NCBI RefSeq assembly: GCF_000315625.1
Contig: NW_005434611.1
Coordinates: forward strand, 259,698 to 323,697
DNA length: 64,000 nt
Source: Guillardia theta CCMP2712
Lineage: Eukaryota > Protista > Cryptophyta
Reading direction: 5' to 3'
The notes under the pieces were generated by a model that saw nothing but the letters and a program-made list of their open reading frames with translations, searched no databases and was not told the DNA's origin. Each line of letters opens with the position of its first letter. Position 1 is the first letter of the stretch. Shown here piece after piece: positions 24,797 through 40,012 of the stretch. Made by a program: the position numbers and the translations under genes.

Positions 24797-27030
24797 ATGG
24801 GGGGAGGGTTGGGAAAGGGGAGGAGAGGTAGAGGATGGGGGGAGGCAGAGGCTCGAAGCAGGAGGGCAAGGGAAGAGGGTAGGAGGGAGCTGAGTCTCTC
24901 TTCGCTGTCGCTCCGCACTGTCCCTGGACTCTCGCTGCTGCTGCCTCTCCTCGAGCAACTGGACCTCTCCCACAACGACCTGTCGTCGTTCCCGGATGAG
25001 CTCTGGGGCATGCAGGTTCTGCGCGTGTTGAATCTGTCAGGGAACAGGATCGAGGGCGTTGGGCGTCACTACTCGGATGCTCGCAAACAGATAGGACTCT
25101 TCCGATGTGAAAGCATAGACCTGTCTTCCAATCAACTGCAAGACTGGCCGACATTCTTATCCAAGTAAGCAACGATGCTCTAGGCTGTTGATCAGAGTTG
25201 GATTTTATGTGGCCAGGGATCCTGTATTGTCATGATTATCTCCTCTCCTAGTTATCGTCTGTGCTGACTGCTGTCTAGCCTTCCTAAACTTCATTCCCTC
25301 GTTCTTTCTGCAAATCCACTAGGAACACCCAGCGAGGGTGGTTTAGCAAAGTTCACATCTTTGACAGAGCTAGGTCTAGGAGCTGGTCTCACATCGGTAA
25401 GGATGGTCTCATCTGAGTCCATGTCGCCGCTTACGACCTCGTCCAGGAAGCGGTTCTGTCTTGCCTTCGAAGTTGTCCAGCTCTGGAGTCCTTGACTCTG
25501 GAGAACAACGGGATAGGAAGAGCAGAATGGATGGAGAGTCCTGCTAAATCAGCAACGCCCTGCCTTCTGTGACACTCTTCGATGCAGGTCGCCGCTGACC
25601 ATCTCCATCGTGAGTCACCCGAGGGACGGGGAGTGGGAGACTCGGGCGTCGCAGATTCTGAGTATCAGTATGCGCCACTGTGGGAGGGCGAGTGTCGTCT
25701 TGACCTCTGCTCTGCTTGGATAGGGGAGGTGATGATGTCGACCCGGCCCATCGGTCGACGGGAGCAGAGGCAAAGGACAGGGATCTCACAAGAAGTGCTG
25801 ACCGCCCTGAACCTGTTGACCCCAACATCGTCTTGTCTTGGAAGGCTATCGGCTCCATGTACTGGGTAAGGACTGGTGGATGCTATCGACCTGCCGCCCT
25901 CTTGACTGCTGGCAGGTGAAGACGCTGAATCTCAGCCGCAATCAGCTCAACTGCGTGCCCAAACTTTTCTCGAGGTTCACTAACTTGGAAAGTTTGAACC
26001 TCAGCAACAATGTAATCAACCGTGTCCCCGGTGTGCTTCTGAACCCTTGCAACAACGCTCCCCCTGACTCTCCTGGATGATGTAGAGCTGGAGTTGCCAG
26101 CATTGAAGAAGATCGACCTCTCGCACAACCTGATCAGTGATGTAAACTTCACCCTGAAGAAGGTTGATGCTTGACATGATTGTAACTCGGCCGTTCTCAC
26201 CAGTTGGACGGCATTGACAAGCACTTTCACGGCATCCAGGACCTCAACATAAGGTACCTTTTGACAGGAGAGTCGTCTTCGTCGTTTTCACTCTGTTGCA
26301 GCTGGAACAAACTTGTATCATTGCCTCGTTTTGAAATGCAAGATGAAGGGAGGTGAGTTTTTTAGTTTCTTTGGCTGCAGCTCATTTTGCCGCTATCTAT
26401 AGTTTTAGCAGATTGACTGCTCTTCAAGATCTTGATTTGAGCTCGAATGCGATAAAAGACATCCGAGCGGTGCGTTGCTGATCCTTGATAGTTGCTCTCA
26501 GACCTTTCGTTTCGAGCTTGCTCTAGCTCAGGATTAAGATCTTTCCGTCCGTCTAGGTTGCGATGTGTCCCGTTCTCACGAGGCTCTTTTTCAAGAACAA
26601 TCCAGGTTCCGATCACATCATGTTACCTTCATGGTCGTGGCCTTGGTAACTTCCAACAGTGTGTTCTCCTCCGAAAGATGTGTTAGAGGGAGGATTGTCG
26701 ACCATTCAGAACTGGGTATGTGTCTCAGATTGATTGGGGAACCTGATGATAATCTCTCCTGTGGTTATTCAGGTAAGGACCAACCGGCAAGCCGTCATAC
26801 AAGAGCATGATCAAAGGAGGAAGGTGCTTTGGACTCGGTTCATCGAGCTATGATTGTATTTGTTGATCCTTTACTTCTAGCAAGAAGAAGAGGAGAAGAA
26901 GAGATTGCATGATGAAGAAATGGAAGCTAGATACAAGAAGGTATGTCTGCCTTTGGGGTAAGTCAGGCAATGATAAATTCCTGTGTACAAGCTGTTACAA
27001 GAGCTGGACGACGACGATGACAAAGATTGA
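24797..27030 (+). CDS. Leucine-rich repeat protein (MG- start, possibly myristoylated) with a charged C-terminal tail; multi-exon
   Basis: LxxLxLxxN repeats: LEQLDLSHNDL, LRVLNLSGNRI, IDLSSNQL, VKTLNLSRNQL, LESLNLSNNVI, LKKIDLSHNLI, LQDLDLSSNAI. Ends ...ELDDDDDKD* at 27030. Confidence 0.85.
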
Positions 27031-28652
27031 TAACGGGGGAAGGAGCCGGAAGCAGTGATGTCAAATAGGAAAACTCATGATGTATGGAATTCAATGACTT
27101 GCCATGCTCCTAATCAACGAGCTGTTTCTAAGTATGTGCCTCCTCCCAGCCTCCCTTTCGTCCGTCACTTCTCCTCTCTGCGCCTCGTCATCTTACAACA
27201 TCTTATGTGCTTGCCTCTCTCCATCCCTTGAATTACATCTCTAGAGCGATTCAAGATGAGGTCACTTGCCTTCTACCTGCGTACATGGCTACAGCCTTTT
27301 CGTCCCACATCCTTCGTCCTTGGTCACCAAAAGGTTTAGTAAGGAGATAATTCAGCGGTATCGCAACCTGCCCGTCACCTGGTTCAAGCATGACGGGCAC
27401 TACAATCAGGCATCCACCACATTACACGGCTGAAGAGCATAGCGATGGGGAAGATGGAGTTCTGGGTTTATGTTCGAGTCTTACAATGCATTTGTAGATG
27501 ACGTGGTAGAGCAGATTCAGGCGATGACACAAATCCCTTCACCATCATCAGGTCATCGGGCAGGAAAAGTTTGTCTTCGAGCATCAGATTTCGTCCTTGT
27601 CAAGGATCCATAATCCTAGGTCCTTCCAGCAACGTTGATCAAATACCTCTACCTTTCCTCTCCTCTCCTTCCATCCACAGCGCTCTCACAACCTCCCAGT
27701 ATTTGTGAGATATTCACAGCGATGAGCTTGCGATTTCTCCCTCCCTCCCTCTGGAGCCATGGAGCTTCACAAACGTTCGTCCCTCAGCCGTATTTTCCCC
27801 TGTTGCGACGGGGAGACTTTCAGGGCTACGAGATGGGACGCGAGTTCGCAGTGTTTGAGATCCCAAATTACAAATGATTTAAAGATGTTAACGCTGTAGG
27901 GAAAGTCTGTGGTCACGCCGTCAGATACGATCCGATGGATGTAGATCGCCCCCAGCAGCCTCGAGCTCGTGGTCCTTCGGAGACGTGCGTTCGGTCGAAC
28001 TCTTCAGGCAGACAGGTGTCGCAGAGTCAAGCGGTTAAAAAGCTACTAACAGTAGCCTGTAGTCGATCAAAAGGCCAGCGGCGCCGCCCGGGCCCGCCGC
28101 CGGGAGGCGCGGCCCGCGACGGTCCGATCTGCTGCTGACTGAGCCGGGGCCCAGCCGCGGGCCCTAGTACCGCCGCATTTTGATTTCGCCGCTGCCCGCG
28201 GCCCGGCGGCCCCGGACCGCCACCCGTGTCGAGGCCCCGGCGGGGGCAAACTGCAAGACCATTGCCAGTTCCATTGCTATGACCGCGGTGCCCGGCCGCA
28301 AGCGCGGCGCCCGGCCGGGCGGCCTTCTGTCACTGACGGTTTCCGGAAGTTCAAGCAGTCGGCCGCCGCTCTCTGGCACGGCCCGGTGCCGCGGCCCGCA
28401 GTCACGGTGGCCCGCGGCCCTGGCTGACCGGGCCCCGGGTCTACACACCTACAAGTCTAGTCAAGGATGCTTCTGTTCTCTTGAGGGCTTGCAGGATCTC
28501 CAGACCGTCGAAACTTTAAAATTTATTTCGTCTCCGGGGCTATCCGGAGTTGTCTCACTCAAACTCGTGGCCTTTGTTGTGGCCAAACTCGTGGCCCAGC
28601 CTGCGTGCAGTAAAGATCGCCAGAGGAAAATTGGCGGTACCGTGACGTCGCA

Positions 28653-29778
28653 ATGGCAGACTGGAGGGAAAGGGAAAGGGAGAGTAGAAAAGCGCGAGAG
28701 GAAGTGAGTGAGAAGAAAGAGCGAAAAGGAGAGAAGAAGAGGAATGTTGTGGACAATCGAATAGTGTGGAAGAAACCAGAACAGCAAGGGGCGCGGTGAA
28801 TTGGATTGACGTGCAGAAGGGTTTGGGATCCAATCAGGTTCCTGATAATAAGAACATTGGAGACAAAGATTGAGATACGAAGGGTGAACGAGGACGAGTC
28901 AAAGAGAAGGCATGGAAGTGTTGAAATCTTTCTGCAGTAAGAACTTGACTGAGAGGAGTACCTGTAAGTCTGGGACAAACGAGGTTAATTTGTTCTTGTC
29001 AAACCGTAGAATGAGGAGTGTCAGAGAGGGCAGCCATCAACGCAAGTCAAGGGAAGGAGCGTTTCATGCAGTGTGATTTCTCTCTGCCGCACAGAGATTG
29101 TCTGAGCATCATCCCTTGCGAACCACTCACCCTCTTGCTGCAGTTGTGCCTCGACCTCTTCACTCCTGCGAAAAGAGCTGTGGCTGAAACCTGTGCTCTC
29201 TTCCCATCAAGTCAGCTTGTATGGCAAGGGGAAGAGTGTATTGACATTCTCATGACATCGAGAGTTGCTTCACAAGATCCTCATCGTGCAAGCTTCAAGG
29301 TGGGATTTCAAAGCAGATGGATGAGAGCGAAGAGACAAAGCAGTTGAAGGAGCTGGTGAAGAAGGAGCTGGTGAAGGAGGAGAAGCCAGACGAGGAGGAG
29401 GAGCTGGTGAAGGAGGAGGATTATGAGAGCCATTCTCCGATTGACCAACAGTGGATAGAGGAGTTTATGGACTATATCGATGACGAGAGTGGCGACGAAG
29501 GTAGACGGGAGAGTCAGGCAGCAAGTTCAACAAAAGCTCTATCCTTACCAGGTTCAGACCACCTCACAGCAGACGAAACGGTGGGGAGAAGAACAAAGCA
29601 CAAGAAATCGACTATGGGAGAGGAGAAGCAAGAGACGTCCGCTCGGAAGATGCTGCATGAACAACTGATCGATCAACATAGGGAAAGCGTCCGAAAGTGG
29701 CAAGAGCAGGTGGTTGAGCTCTCAACTCTCTCACAGTACTCAAGCAGCAACGTTGATAGCACGCGCACGGATTCATGA
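28653..29778 (+). CDS. Hypothetical acidic/coiled-coil protein; multi-exon, boundaries uncertain
   Basis: ATG at 28653 just after a GC island and a TGACGTC motif. Coding-like exons include MDESEETKQLKELVKKELVKEEKPDEEE...WIEEFMDYIDDES. Confidence 0.4.
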
Positions 29779-30879
29779 GAAACCAGAAACACGTGAGCTG
29801 TTGCTTGTGCAGTGCAGGCAATGTTTCAGGAATGCTTGAACTGTTGCTTGTGCAGTGATTCAAAATTCTGCATGGGGTGCCTGCATCTTGCACCGTCGGG
29901 GAAGACAACACGATGAACGTGCACCCAACTATCGTGTGAAACGATCACACAAAACCGTGGGGGCAGCAGACATGTTTCTTTACACGGATTCTGAACCAAG
30001 TTTCACCGCCTTTCCTTTCGAAGATCTCAAGATCAGAAGGACAAAGACAACAGGGTACAGCTCTATCTCACCATTTGTACAGATCCGGTCAAACCTAGCC
30101 GTTGGAAACTCTCATTTTGTTTGCATGCAAACCTTTTCTGCCACTCTTGTTTCAGGTGCCGTGAGAATTTGGCCAATCAGTTTCAGTTTCTACTTTTTTC
30201 AGTTTCTTCTCAGTTCTCGCGATTTTCTTTATTTCTGTGCAAGCATGAGAGGTGTAGTCGTGACGGTGACAAAGAAGGCAGCAGATTTCCCTTCAATCTT
30301 TTATCAAGCTGTTATGTACTCGTATCAGGTAGACAATATTACCCCATGGATGCTGAGCGCCACTGTGCTCAGGACACATTTATTTTTCTTATACATTTTT
30401 CTTATACATTTTTCTTGTACCACCAAAATTGCAAGATGCGATGGCAATAAACACAAAGACAAACTGAACTTGTGAGATGGAAATTTATGAGTTCTTTGAT
30501 GACACTGTCCGCTAAATGCCATGTAAGTGGAAACCCGTTGACCAGCATCATCTAATCAGTTGACTCAATCACATCTTTCCTCTCACTTTGCTGAACCCAT
30601 GCAGCACTGACAACCCTGACTCTCCTTGTGCTGCAAGATACCACAACCTACACACTTCGTGCAACATGTTACATCATCAGTCATTTGGCATGTGCATGCT
30701 CTCGTCACAGCTTCAACGGAGGGGGGGAGCAACTCCGATGTCATCCTCTATGCTCTCAGGACACAGTCACTTCTACTGATCAATGCTTCTCTTGCCATGT
30801 AAACATCTCTTCCTTGTCTTGCCCCTGCCATCAAGCTTCCTCTCCTCACCGACCCATTCCACCCCTCTGCCCCTACCCC

Positions 30880-31210
30880 TCCGCAACCCCATCACCCCCC
30901 TTCTCCATCTTCCTCACTCCCTCCCATCGCCTCCTCCTCATGCGCGTTGCATCCTTCCCAGCGACTTCTCCTGTCCCTCCATTCCCTCCTCTTCCCACCC
31001 CTCCCTCCCCCTCCCTCTCCCCCATCTCCCTCCCCTCCCTCCCCCTCCCTTCCCTTCCCTTCCTCTCCCTTCCCTTCCCTTTCCCTCCCTTCCCTTCCCT
31101 TCCTCCCCCTTCCCTTCCCTTCCCTTCCCTTTCCTTCCTCTCCCTCCCCCTCCCCTCCCTTCCTCTCCCTCCCCCTCCCTTCCACTCCCTTCCTCTCCCC
31201 CTCCTCTCAT
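30880..31210. repeat. Polypyrimidine (CCCTT/CCT)n tract
   Basis: About 300 bp of near-pure C/T sequence including (ttccc)n. Confidence 0.85.
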
Positions 31211-31514
31211 GCGCCTCTGCCGCATTGGGGCGGCAAGTAGGGCCATGGGAAGTGACAAGTTACGAATTCAACAAACAAAAAAAAAAACATCAACATCGAG
31301 CGAAGAAGCGAACAAGACTTGCAGGATGATGACTAGCAGCACATCAGTCTCCTCCTTCAGACAGCATGACACAGAGAACGTCGAGCACACGGGTACCGCC
31401 TCGACCTCTCCGTTGTACTCCCTGAACCCCTCGTTCCTCGTGGCACCCTGTGTATACTGGCTCGTTGCTCCATCTGTTTGACAGATCTCAACAGGGGAGA
31501 AGATTGCGAGTGTA

Positions 31515-33407
<1,893 letters not shown>

Positions 33408-33608
33408 TATGATGGCGTTGATACTGCCGGACTTTAGTAAGTCATGTATCAACCCTTCTCTGCTTGTCTCGCATCTCCCTCATCACTGCCATCCTACACT
33501 TGGCACAAAACCTCAGAAAGTTCTTGCCAAGTTTGGCAACAGCATCTGGCTTGAGATTTCTGATTGGGTGAATCAAGATCTGGGCGAGCATCGCGCTGAA
33601 AGCACTCA

Positions 33609-36600
33609 TCAATAAAGCAGAGCACAATCATCACTACCGGTCGATGGACATGAATCTCCTGTGGTCGAAGTAGTCGCATCCCTTCCACGTCAACCTCCGA
33701 GCGCCAGCTTTGCTCGCACCTGTAACACGCACTCACTCACTCCAATGGCGCAAGACCAGACTGTCATGCCGATTCCTCTATAAGTTCGGTATGGCCGATA
33801 TCTCGATTCCGATGGATGTCTTTAGAAGGCAGATAAGAGGAGCAACAATCGAAACTTTCGTCTCACTCCCAATCTGATGGGTTCGACTCCTCTCTCTCTT
33901 CTAAGAGGCATTCTTCCTGCCCATCAAAATCATCACTGTCTCATGACCGAAGTGAAACGTCTCTGCGCACCAACGTAAAGTTCTCGTCGAGGTGTCTTGC
34001 AACCCTGCTCAACTCCTGTGCAAGCGGCTCCTGCTGATGTTCAAAGGCAACAGGCGAGCTAAAGTTTGAGACCTGAGGATCATACTTCGAGTCTGAACTG
34101 TCGACGTACGGAGGGACCTGATCGTCAAGCATTAGCCGCGCACAGACTTTAGATGTGAGTCCTAACATTCAGGGCAGGGAACAGTTTGAAAGGTTTTGAC
34201 CAATCATGTCCGATCACCGTGTTGAGACCACTCCTCCCTTCTACGTCAGAGTGAGCATTCTCAAGTCAAAGTAGGCGAGTCTTTGCTACCCGCGATCGAT
34301 TCCAAGTACTCAAACACGAAGGACCGCCCTTGATAGTACGCCAAGTCCTTTACCTTCTCATCAGAAAACACCCCGTTGAGGAGATGATTGCAAACACCAA
34401 TGCGGACATTCCAAACTTGTCAGGTTGTGTAAAGTTCGGCTGCTTGCCAGATTGCTCAAACCCTTGCATGATGGACTGCTAGGTTATCAGATCAAAGTGT
34501 AGAATCCTGCAATTTACCTCCACTGTCTTCTTGTAATGGTTCTGACAGAGCGCGCAATAATGCAAGATCTGATATGACGCGACTCAGCAAGAAGAAGAGG
34601 ATTCAATGTTGGTGCGTGCCGATCGGCCATTGAGATCTTTGAGCATCCGATCGGCTCCAGCGCGTAAAAGGGCGTGAGTGATGTTGTAGTGACCGAGCTG
34701 AACGGACATCTAGACGAAAGAATGCAGGTAAGATGTGTAAGCGAAACATGAGAAGTTGAGTTGGAACCATCAGTGCAGTCTTCCCTATGTTGGCATCCTT
34801 CACATTAGTGAGAACACAAGTCGATTCTTCTCTCACAAGACCTGGAGATCGACGACTGCCGGATATTCCAAGATAAGAGCAACCACTGCATGAGCTCCTC
34901 TTAGCAAAAGCAGCACACGACACATTGTCACATTCAGATCGTCCCAGACAGACAGCTTTGTGTAAAGAGGCCTGTGCGTGTTGAACAGTTCACAAAGGAG
35001 AGGCGATGACATCTTCAAAGTCTTCACCATCCCATCAGAAGAGTCGATCGCGTTGACATCGGCCCCTCTTTGTCATCACATCAAATCCTGCTGCAAGGTA
35101 GATGAATAATTACCTTTCCAAATATTTCTTGGCATAGAATATGTCATTCTGTTCGATGGATCTCCTACAGAATCCAACAAATAAGATTCATTTCCAACAG
35201 CAATCGCAAGACGGTGAAGTAAAAGGCGCTCACCAGAGCTGTGCATTCAATCTTTCACTTTCGGTTGCAGAGTGATGGACCTGATGAACATGAGACAAGC
35301 AGCAAGTAGAGCAAAGCTCTTGTCACTTTCAGTTCTAGTTGCAGTTCTCTCAACCTCTGAGACTCCTTCTCATCGATGACAGGAGGATCGAACAGATACA
35401 AGTAACTGCAGCAACCAAGGTAAATTCAGAACTTGCAAAGTACGACTCACAACACTCACTTCTGTATCAAACTTCGGAATGGCCCTGTGCCATTCAAAAG
35501 ATCTTGAGTGTTGAGGTCTGTTGGCAGGTACAACATTCAAAATCACTCGTCAGTGAATTTCTCGATCGATCAAGAAAATTCTCAACCTCCACTGCTGTTA
35601 GATGTTGCATCCAATGTACAGCTGTGACCGGATCAGATCGAGATATGAAACAACTCTTCGTACCTGAATCCATACATTGATGCCACCCTGTCAATAATCT
35701 CTCGATCGGCTGTTGAAAACGTCTATCAGATCTGCTTCATCTGTCACAGCGCCATGAAATTACTGAAATTCGACACATCCATCCAATTCTTGTCCCAGAT
35801 TTGAATCTTGGCATTCTAGCATTCACATCAAAATTCAAATCCAAAGAAAAACCGGATGATGCATTCGCAGACTTACTTGGCCGTCTCTTCTCACTTTTGC
35901 CATGAGCTCTGAAACCTAACAACCAAGAAGACTAAGAATTGATCGAAAGAGAAGGAGGACAGAGCGGACATGCGCATCGTCGTTTCGAAGACAGGTTCTG
36001 ATGAAATACTTGCTCCAGGGGTCCCACTCTTTGAGATAATCCTTTGCAAACTTCAGCCTAACAACGCGGACTCACAAATACTATAAACATGAACGTCACC
36101 TGCAATCTCCCAATCAGATATGTAAAGGCTGGTCTGTAGGTGTTATCCGTGTAAAAGCCATCTTGGGTCGCTGAAAATCTCAGACATTCGATCAAATCCA
36201 TGGATTTGAGTTGCTCCGTGTATGGCTCTGTGTTCAAGTGCGAAGTACCATCCTCTTCGATGTCTCTAGATTTGCCAGGAGATCCCCCATTGAAGGGATC
36301 CGAACCCTCTTGCAGAGTTGATGATGACGGTGTAGCAGAGAACTCTTTTGACAGTTGAGCTCGGGAACGTTTTCCATCTGCCTCTTGCGATTTGCTATGA
36401 GCAAGTTGCTCAAATCTCTGACTATCTTCATCTAACTCCTCTCCTTCTTCATCATCGGTATGATCTTGATTGCTTCGATTGCTTTGCTCGCTCACACTCT
36501 CTGACTCATCGTTTCCTGCCTCATGTGAAGAGATCGACATGGGACTTGCCACATTTTCCTTTCCTCCCCTCACATAGATGCATGTCGGCGCCGATCTACA

Positions 36601-36780
36601 TGGCACTAGCTCACACCAGCGAGGACTGAGGGAGTCAGTGGTACCAAGAAGGAGTGAAAACCCCAGGATCCACATCAGAGCAGGCGTCAGTTGCTTGTCA
36701 TGCCGTGTCTTCGATGACGAGAACAGCGAGGAGAACGAGGAGGACCGAGGAGGACAGTCCCTTGCCGCTCCCATTCGCAT
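33609..36780 (-). CDS. Ankyrin-repeat protein with an N-terminal hydrophobic leader and an acidic region; multi-exon, ends approximate
   Basis: Ankyrin-like spliced segments AKKYLE|RGADVNAIDSSDG, GAHAVVALILEYPAVVDLQ|DANIGKTALM and FTQPDKFGMSALVFA. Long first exon 36058-36780 with MWILGFSLLLGTTDS. Confidence 0.6.
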
Positions 36781-36825
36781 CCCCTTGTGTTCTTTTTCAC
36801 TACTGGCCAGCAGTCGCATTCCTTC

Positions 36826-36848
36826 TTTACTCAAAGTTAAGTTAAAAA
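36826..36848 (+). promoter_or_regulatory. Recurrent 23-bp intergenic motif TTTACTCAAAGTTAAGTTAAAAA (copy 1)
   Basis: Identical copy at 61597-61619; variant at 37264-37288. Confidence 0.6.
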
Positions 36849-37726
36849 GCAGTACGAGGACAATCAGGAGAGTCGAGGAGGCTTGACCCTGACACTGTCG
36901 CACAGGCCAAACGGCGAGAAGAGAAAAGACAGCGAGAACCAAACCTATTCCTGCCGACTGCTGTCCCCCAAACTCCGGCGAAGGAATGAGACGCCGGCGC
37001 ATAGTACCGGAATGCCACCCCGGCGATGATCAGTGGTACTGCGGCGAAGGACAGGGAGGCCTTGAGTTGACAAAAGATCCTGGACCGGACTCCGAATGCG
37101 TTTGCACGTCGGATCACCTGAGACGTCTTGTCGGACTGGAGGCCGAGAGATCGGAGGCCAGCGCTGGGGCCTTGCAGTGCTCGCCGAGTCACTGAGTCCG
37201 TGTCCGACGGTCGCCGCGGGGGCATCCGCCACAGGCCGGGCCAAACGGCGAGAACTTCAATTCTTTACTCAAAGTTGTCAGTTAAAAATTGGCTACGCCC
37301 GGCACCCAGTATTCCTTCCCGGGCCTCGGGGGGACGGTCACCGGCCCGATTGGCCCCGGGAGCGGGAGTCAGCCTGGATCATGCCTAACTGCAACTCATT
37401 CAACGGTGATTGTCTTGGCCAGTGCGACAGTGTTTTGGCGATGATCGTGACCGGACACTGACAGGTGACTCTGTGAATCTCAGTGTGACTCGCTCGGATT
37501 GGCCCGGCCCGGCCCGGCCGACAGTTGAGTAAAGCAAAATGTCAAATTAGTCAATGTATTTTGGGCATGCGGCGAGTTTGAGCGCCGGCAAGAAACGAAC
37601 CGTGAGCTAGAGAGAGAAGAGTATGAGTGAATCCGAGCTGCGATCATGTGCAAAGGAGGGAGGAGGGGATACTGTGGCAAATTGAGATGATTTCAATCTA
37701 GCCATCCTGAGTGCGAGCAAGGCAGA

Positions 37727-38267
37727 ATGGCGTTGACGAGCGCTACTGGCGACTAGGGCAGTGGGAGACTTGCAAAGCTATACGATAGATCTATTGGATG
37801 TCCGTAGTGCCTGCAATGATCTTTGACTTGATGCTTTTCCATGTGTCAGCGTGTCACGCTTGTCTGACGCAAGAATCGATACAGCGATGTTGTTATGTTT
37901 GTTGATTTTCAATCCAACTCTTATTTAAGATTTCACGCTTATTCCTACCTTGACGTCACACGAGTTTCTGCCGTCTGTGTTGCGTCGCTCCTGACTCCTA
38001 TCATGTTTTTTTCGTAGGTAGAAACCACTGATGTTCTCTACGCTGGGTCTTTGGTACGAGATTTTCCATCCATGGCATCGCGAGTGCAATACAGACGGCA
38101 GTGATTGCCGAGTTTTCTGGCGCAGAAGCAGAACGGCTTACATGAACGAGAGCGAGCCATTGTCCAGTTTCCTCGTTTCAATCGGAGCTTGGAAGGAAAA
38201 CCAAGCAGTAGATGCAACTGCCGTTCCTGCAACTGCTGAAGCCTCGCCAGCAAGTTCAAGTGCATAA
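37727..38267 (+). CDS. Small hypothetical protein; 5' exons uncertain
   Basis: Final exon (KPL)MFSTLGLWYEIFHPWHRECNTDGSDCRVFWRRSRTAYMNE...ASSSA* follows a pyrimidine-rich acceptor. Confidence 0.35.
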
Positions 38268-38448
38268 TTGGTAGAAGCAAGGTTTGTTTGGGAATGAATG
38301 GCTTTAGATCTGTATATGTTCGTTTCACCAAGCTTTACTTCTCTTCAGGAAAACGCATCTATCTCAAATCCAGTATTATGTAAATCGTGCTTGATCCAGG
38401 ATGTTTAGAAGTATAACTTCTCCGAACGTTGATTTTCATTAGATGCCT

Positions 38449-39096
38449 CTAGTTGTGCTTTCCAGTTGGCCAAAGCTTTCTTGCCAGGATGTAGTCGCTG
38501 AGTTCAATTGAATCCTGAACAGAGCTCCTTGGTGGCTTCCTGTAACGTGCCATGGTCGCGCATTTTTTGCTCCAGAAGTCAATCAACTGTTGCTTGGTGA
38601 TAACACCGTCCCTGTGAATTTCAATCATGACTTGGTAGCTCGATCAAAATGCGACGAAGACTCACTTGCCAGCGTTGATTTCCTCCAAAGCTGCATTCAA
38701 TTCCTGCACTTCCCCATGCCCTGAATCTGCGAGAATAACAGCAAGGCTGCCAGAACGTCAACATCAGCCACTCTGTGCAACGGTTCAACATACCTATTCA
38801 AGCAGTGACGATCAATTTCCCCATTCTCATCCTCGTCAACAAGATCAAACGCCTCCTGAAGTGCAATCGTAAGAAAGAATCGTGCTTTGATGACCACTCA
38901 CTTTGATGCACATAGTTTCCTTGGAAACGCTACCACGCTCTGACTTGCGAAGCTCATTGATTTTTCTCGCGGTTTCAACTGCTGCATTTGAAAACGATCT
39001 GTTTGTATATGTCGTACTGAAATTGTGATTCGATTTAATCAGTCTTGGCGCTGCGGTAATGAGACGCCGACTAAATCCATATGCCCTCGAGAGCAT
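38449..39096 (-). CDS. Small EF-hand protein with a mitochondrial-type presequence
   Basis: Leader MLSRAYGFSRRLITAAPRLIKS (Arg-rich, no acidic residues); EF-hand EAFDLVDEDENGEIDRHCL; second degenerate hand LEEINAGK|DGVITKQQLIDFW. Confidence 0.7.
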
Positions 39097-40012
39097 CCTC
39101 CTGGATCCAAGCTTCTTCAGATTACAGCAAGGAAATGATGCTGGAAAGAGGACACCATTCAACGCATTTGTTTGAAGAAGCTCTGTGGCATGGCATTCCA
39201 AAGGAGAAAGAAATACATATAAATAACAATCAATCGGTAGGACAACGAAAGACACTTGCTCTCAAGACTTTTCTATTGAGAAAAATAAGCAGTTAAAGAC
39301 GTCGCCAACAACTTGCCTTCATGCGCTAAAGCGAGATATCTTCACTTGTCACTAATAACTCTGAAGTAAAATCACAGTGCTGAACACAAAAATGCATGAA
39401 TCACAGCTCACACACACACCACTTCAAATCCTGAACTGAAATTAGACAGAGACAGTTTGTCTGAAATCAATCGATTGAGAACATGTTAACAAAGATCACA
39501 TCAGAGAGTGTGTATGATAATTTTGAATATTCAAGCGAACTGTGAGGATGGGAGAGACTCGCAAGCCGCGCATGCAGAGCGGACGTAAAGCGGGGCGTAA
39601 GCCATAGCAAGCCGAGGCAGGTGAAGAGATTTGAGCGGGGATGAGGCATCAAACCCTTCAAAATTCATTCCCCCGTACAATGAACCTTGTACATTGTTTA
39701 CCGATGTGGTACAAAATAAAATAAATTATTTAAAATATCAATACTGTTTGTTTGGTAACTTAGCTCTGTAGACAGCCGATGTACCACGTGTATGGTACAA
39801 GCATTGCTGACTATAACCTGTTCTGTGTACCAACAAAAAATATCAATTTTATAATCAGTAAAGATTATCAAAACTCCCAATATCTTTTGATATATTTTAT
39901 CATATTAAAAGTTAGAAATTACATTATAAAACATATAACACCTGCTCTAGCTGGTAGTCACGGCACCTTCGGGCGGCCCGATCGGATCCAGCAGCCTGCT
40001 GAGCGGCTTCTC

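Noticed and set aside
27240-27880. Coding-like fragments after the LRR gene
   Set aside because: No start or coherent exon chain could be supported.
29855-30800. 206-aa plus-strand ORF and possible minus-strand exons
   Set aside because: No consistent spliced frame or domain could be built by eye; it may be a divergent gene or a pseudogene.
30628-31481. Pro/Ser/Leu-rich ORFs of about 230 aa
   Set aside because: They are open only because the polypyrimidine tract cannot encode stop codons.
37727-37765. Apparent one-base frameshift that would give a MALRALLATRA presequence
   Set aside because: It cannot be distinguished from chance, sequencing error or another exon structure without reads.
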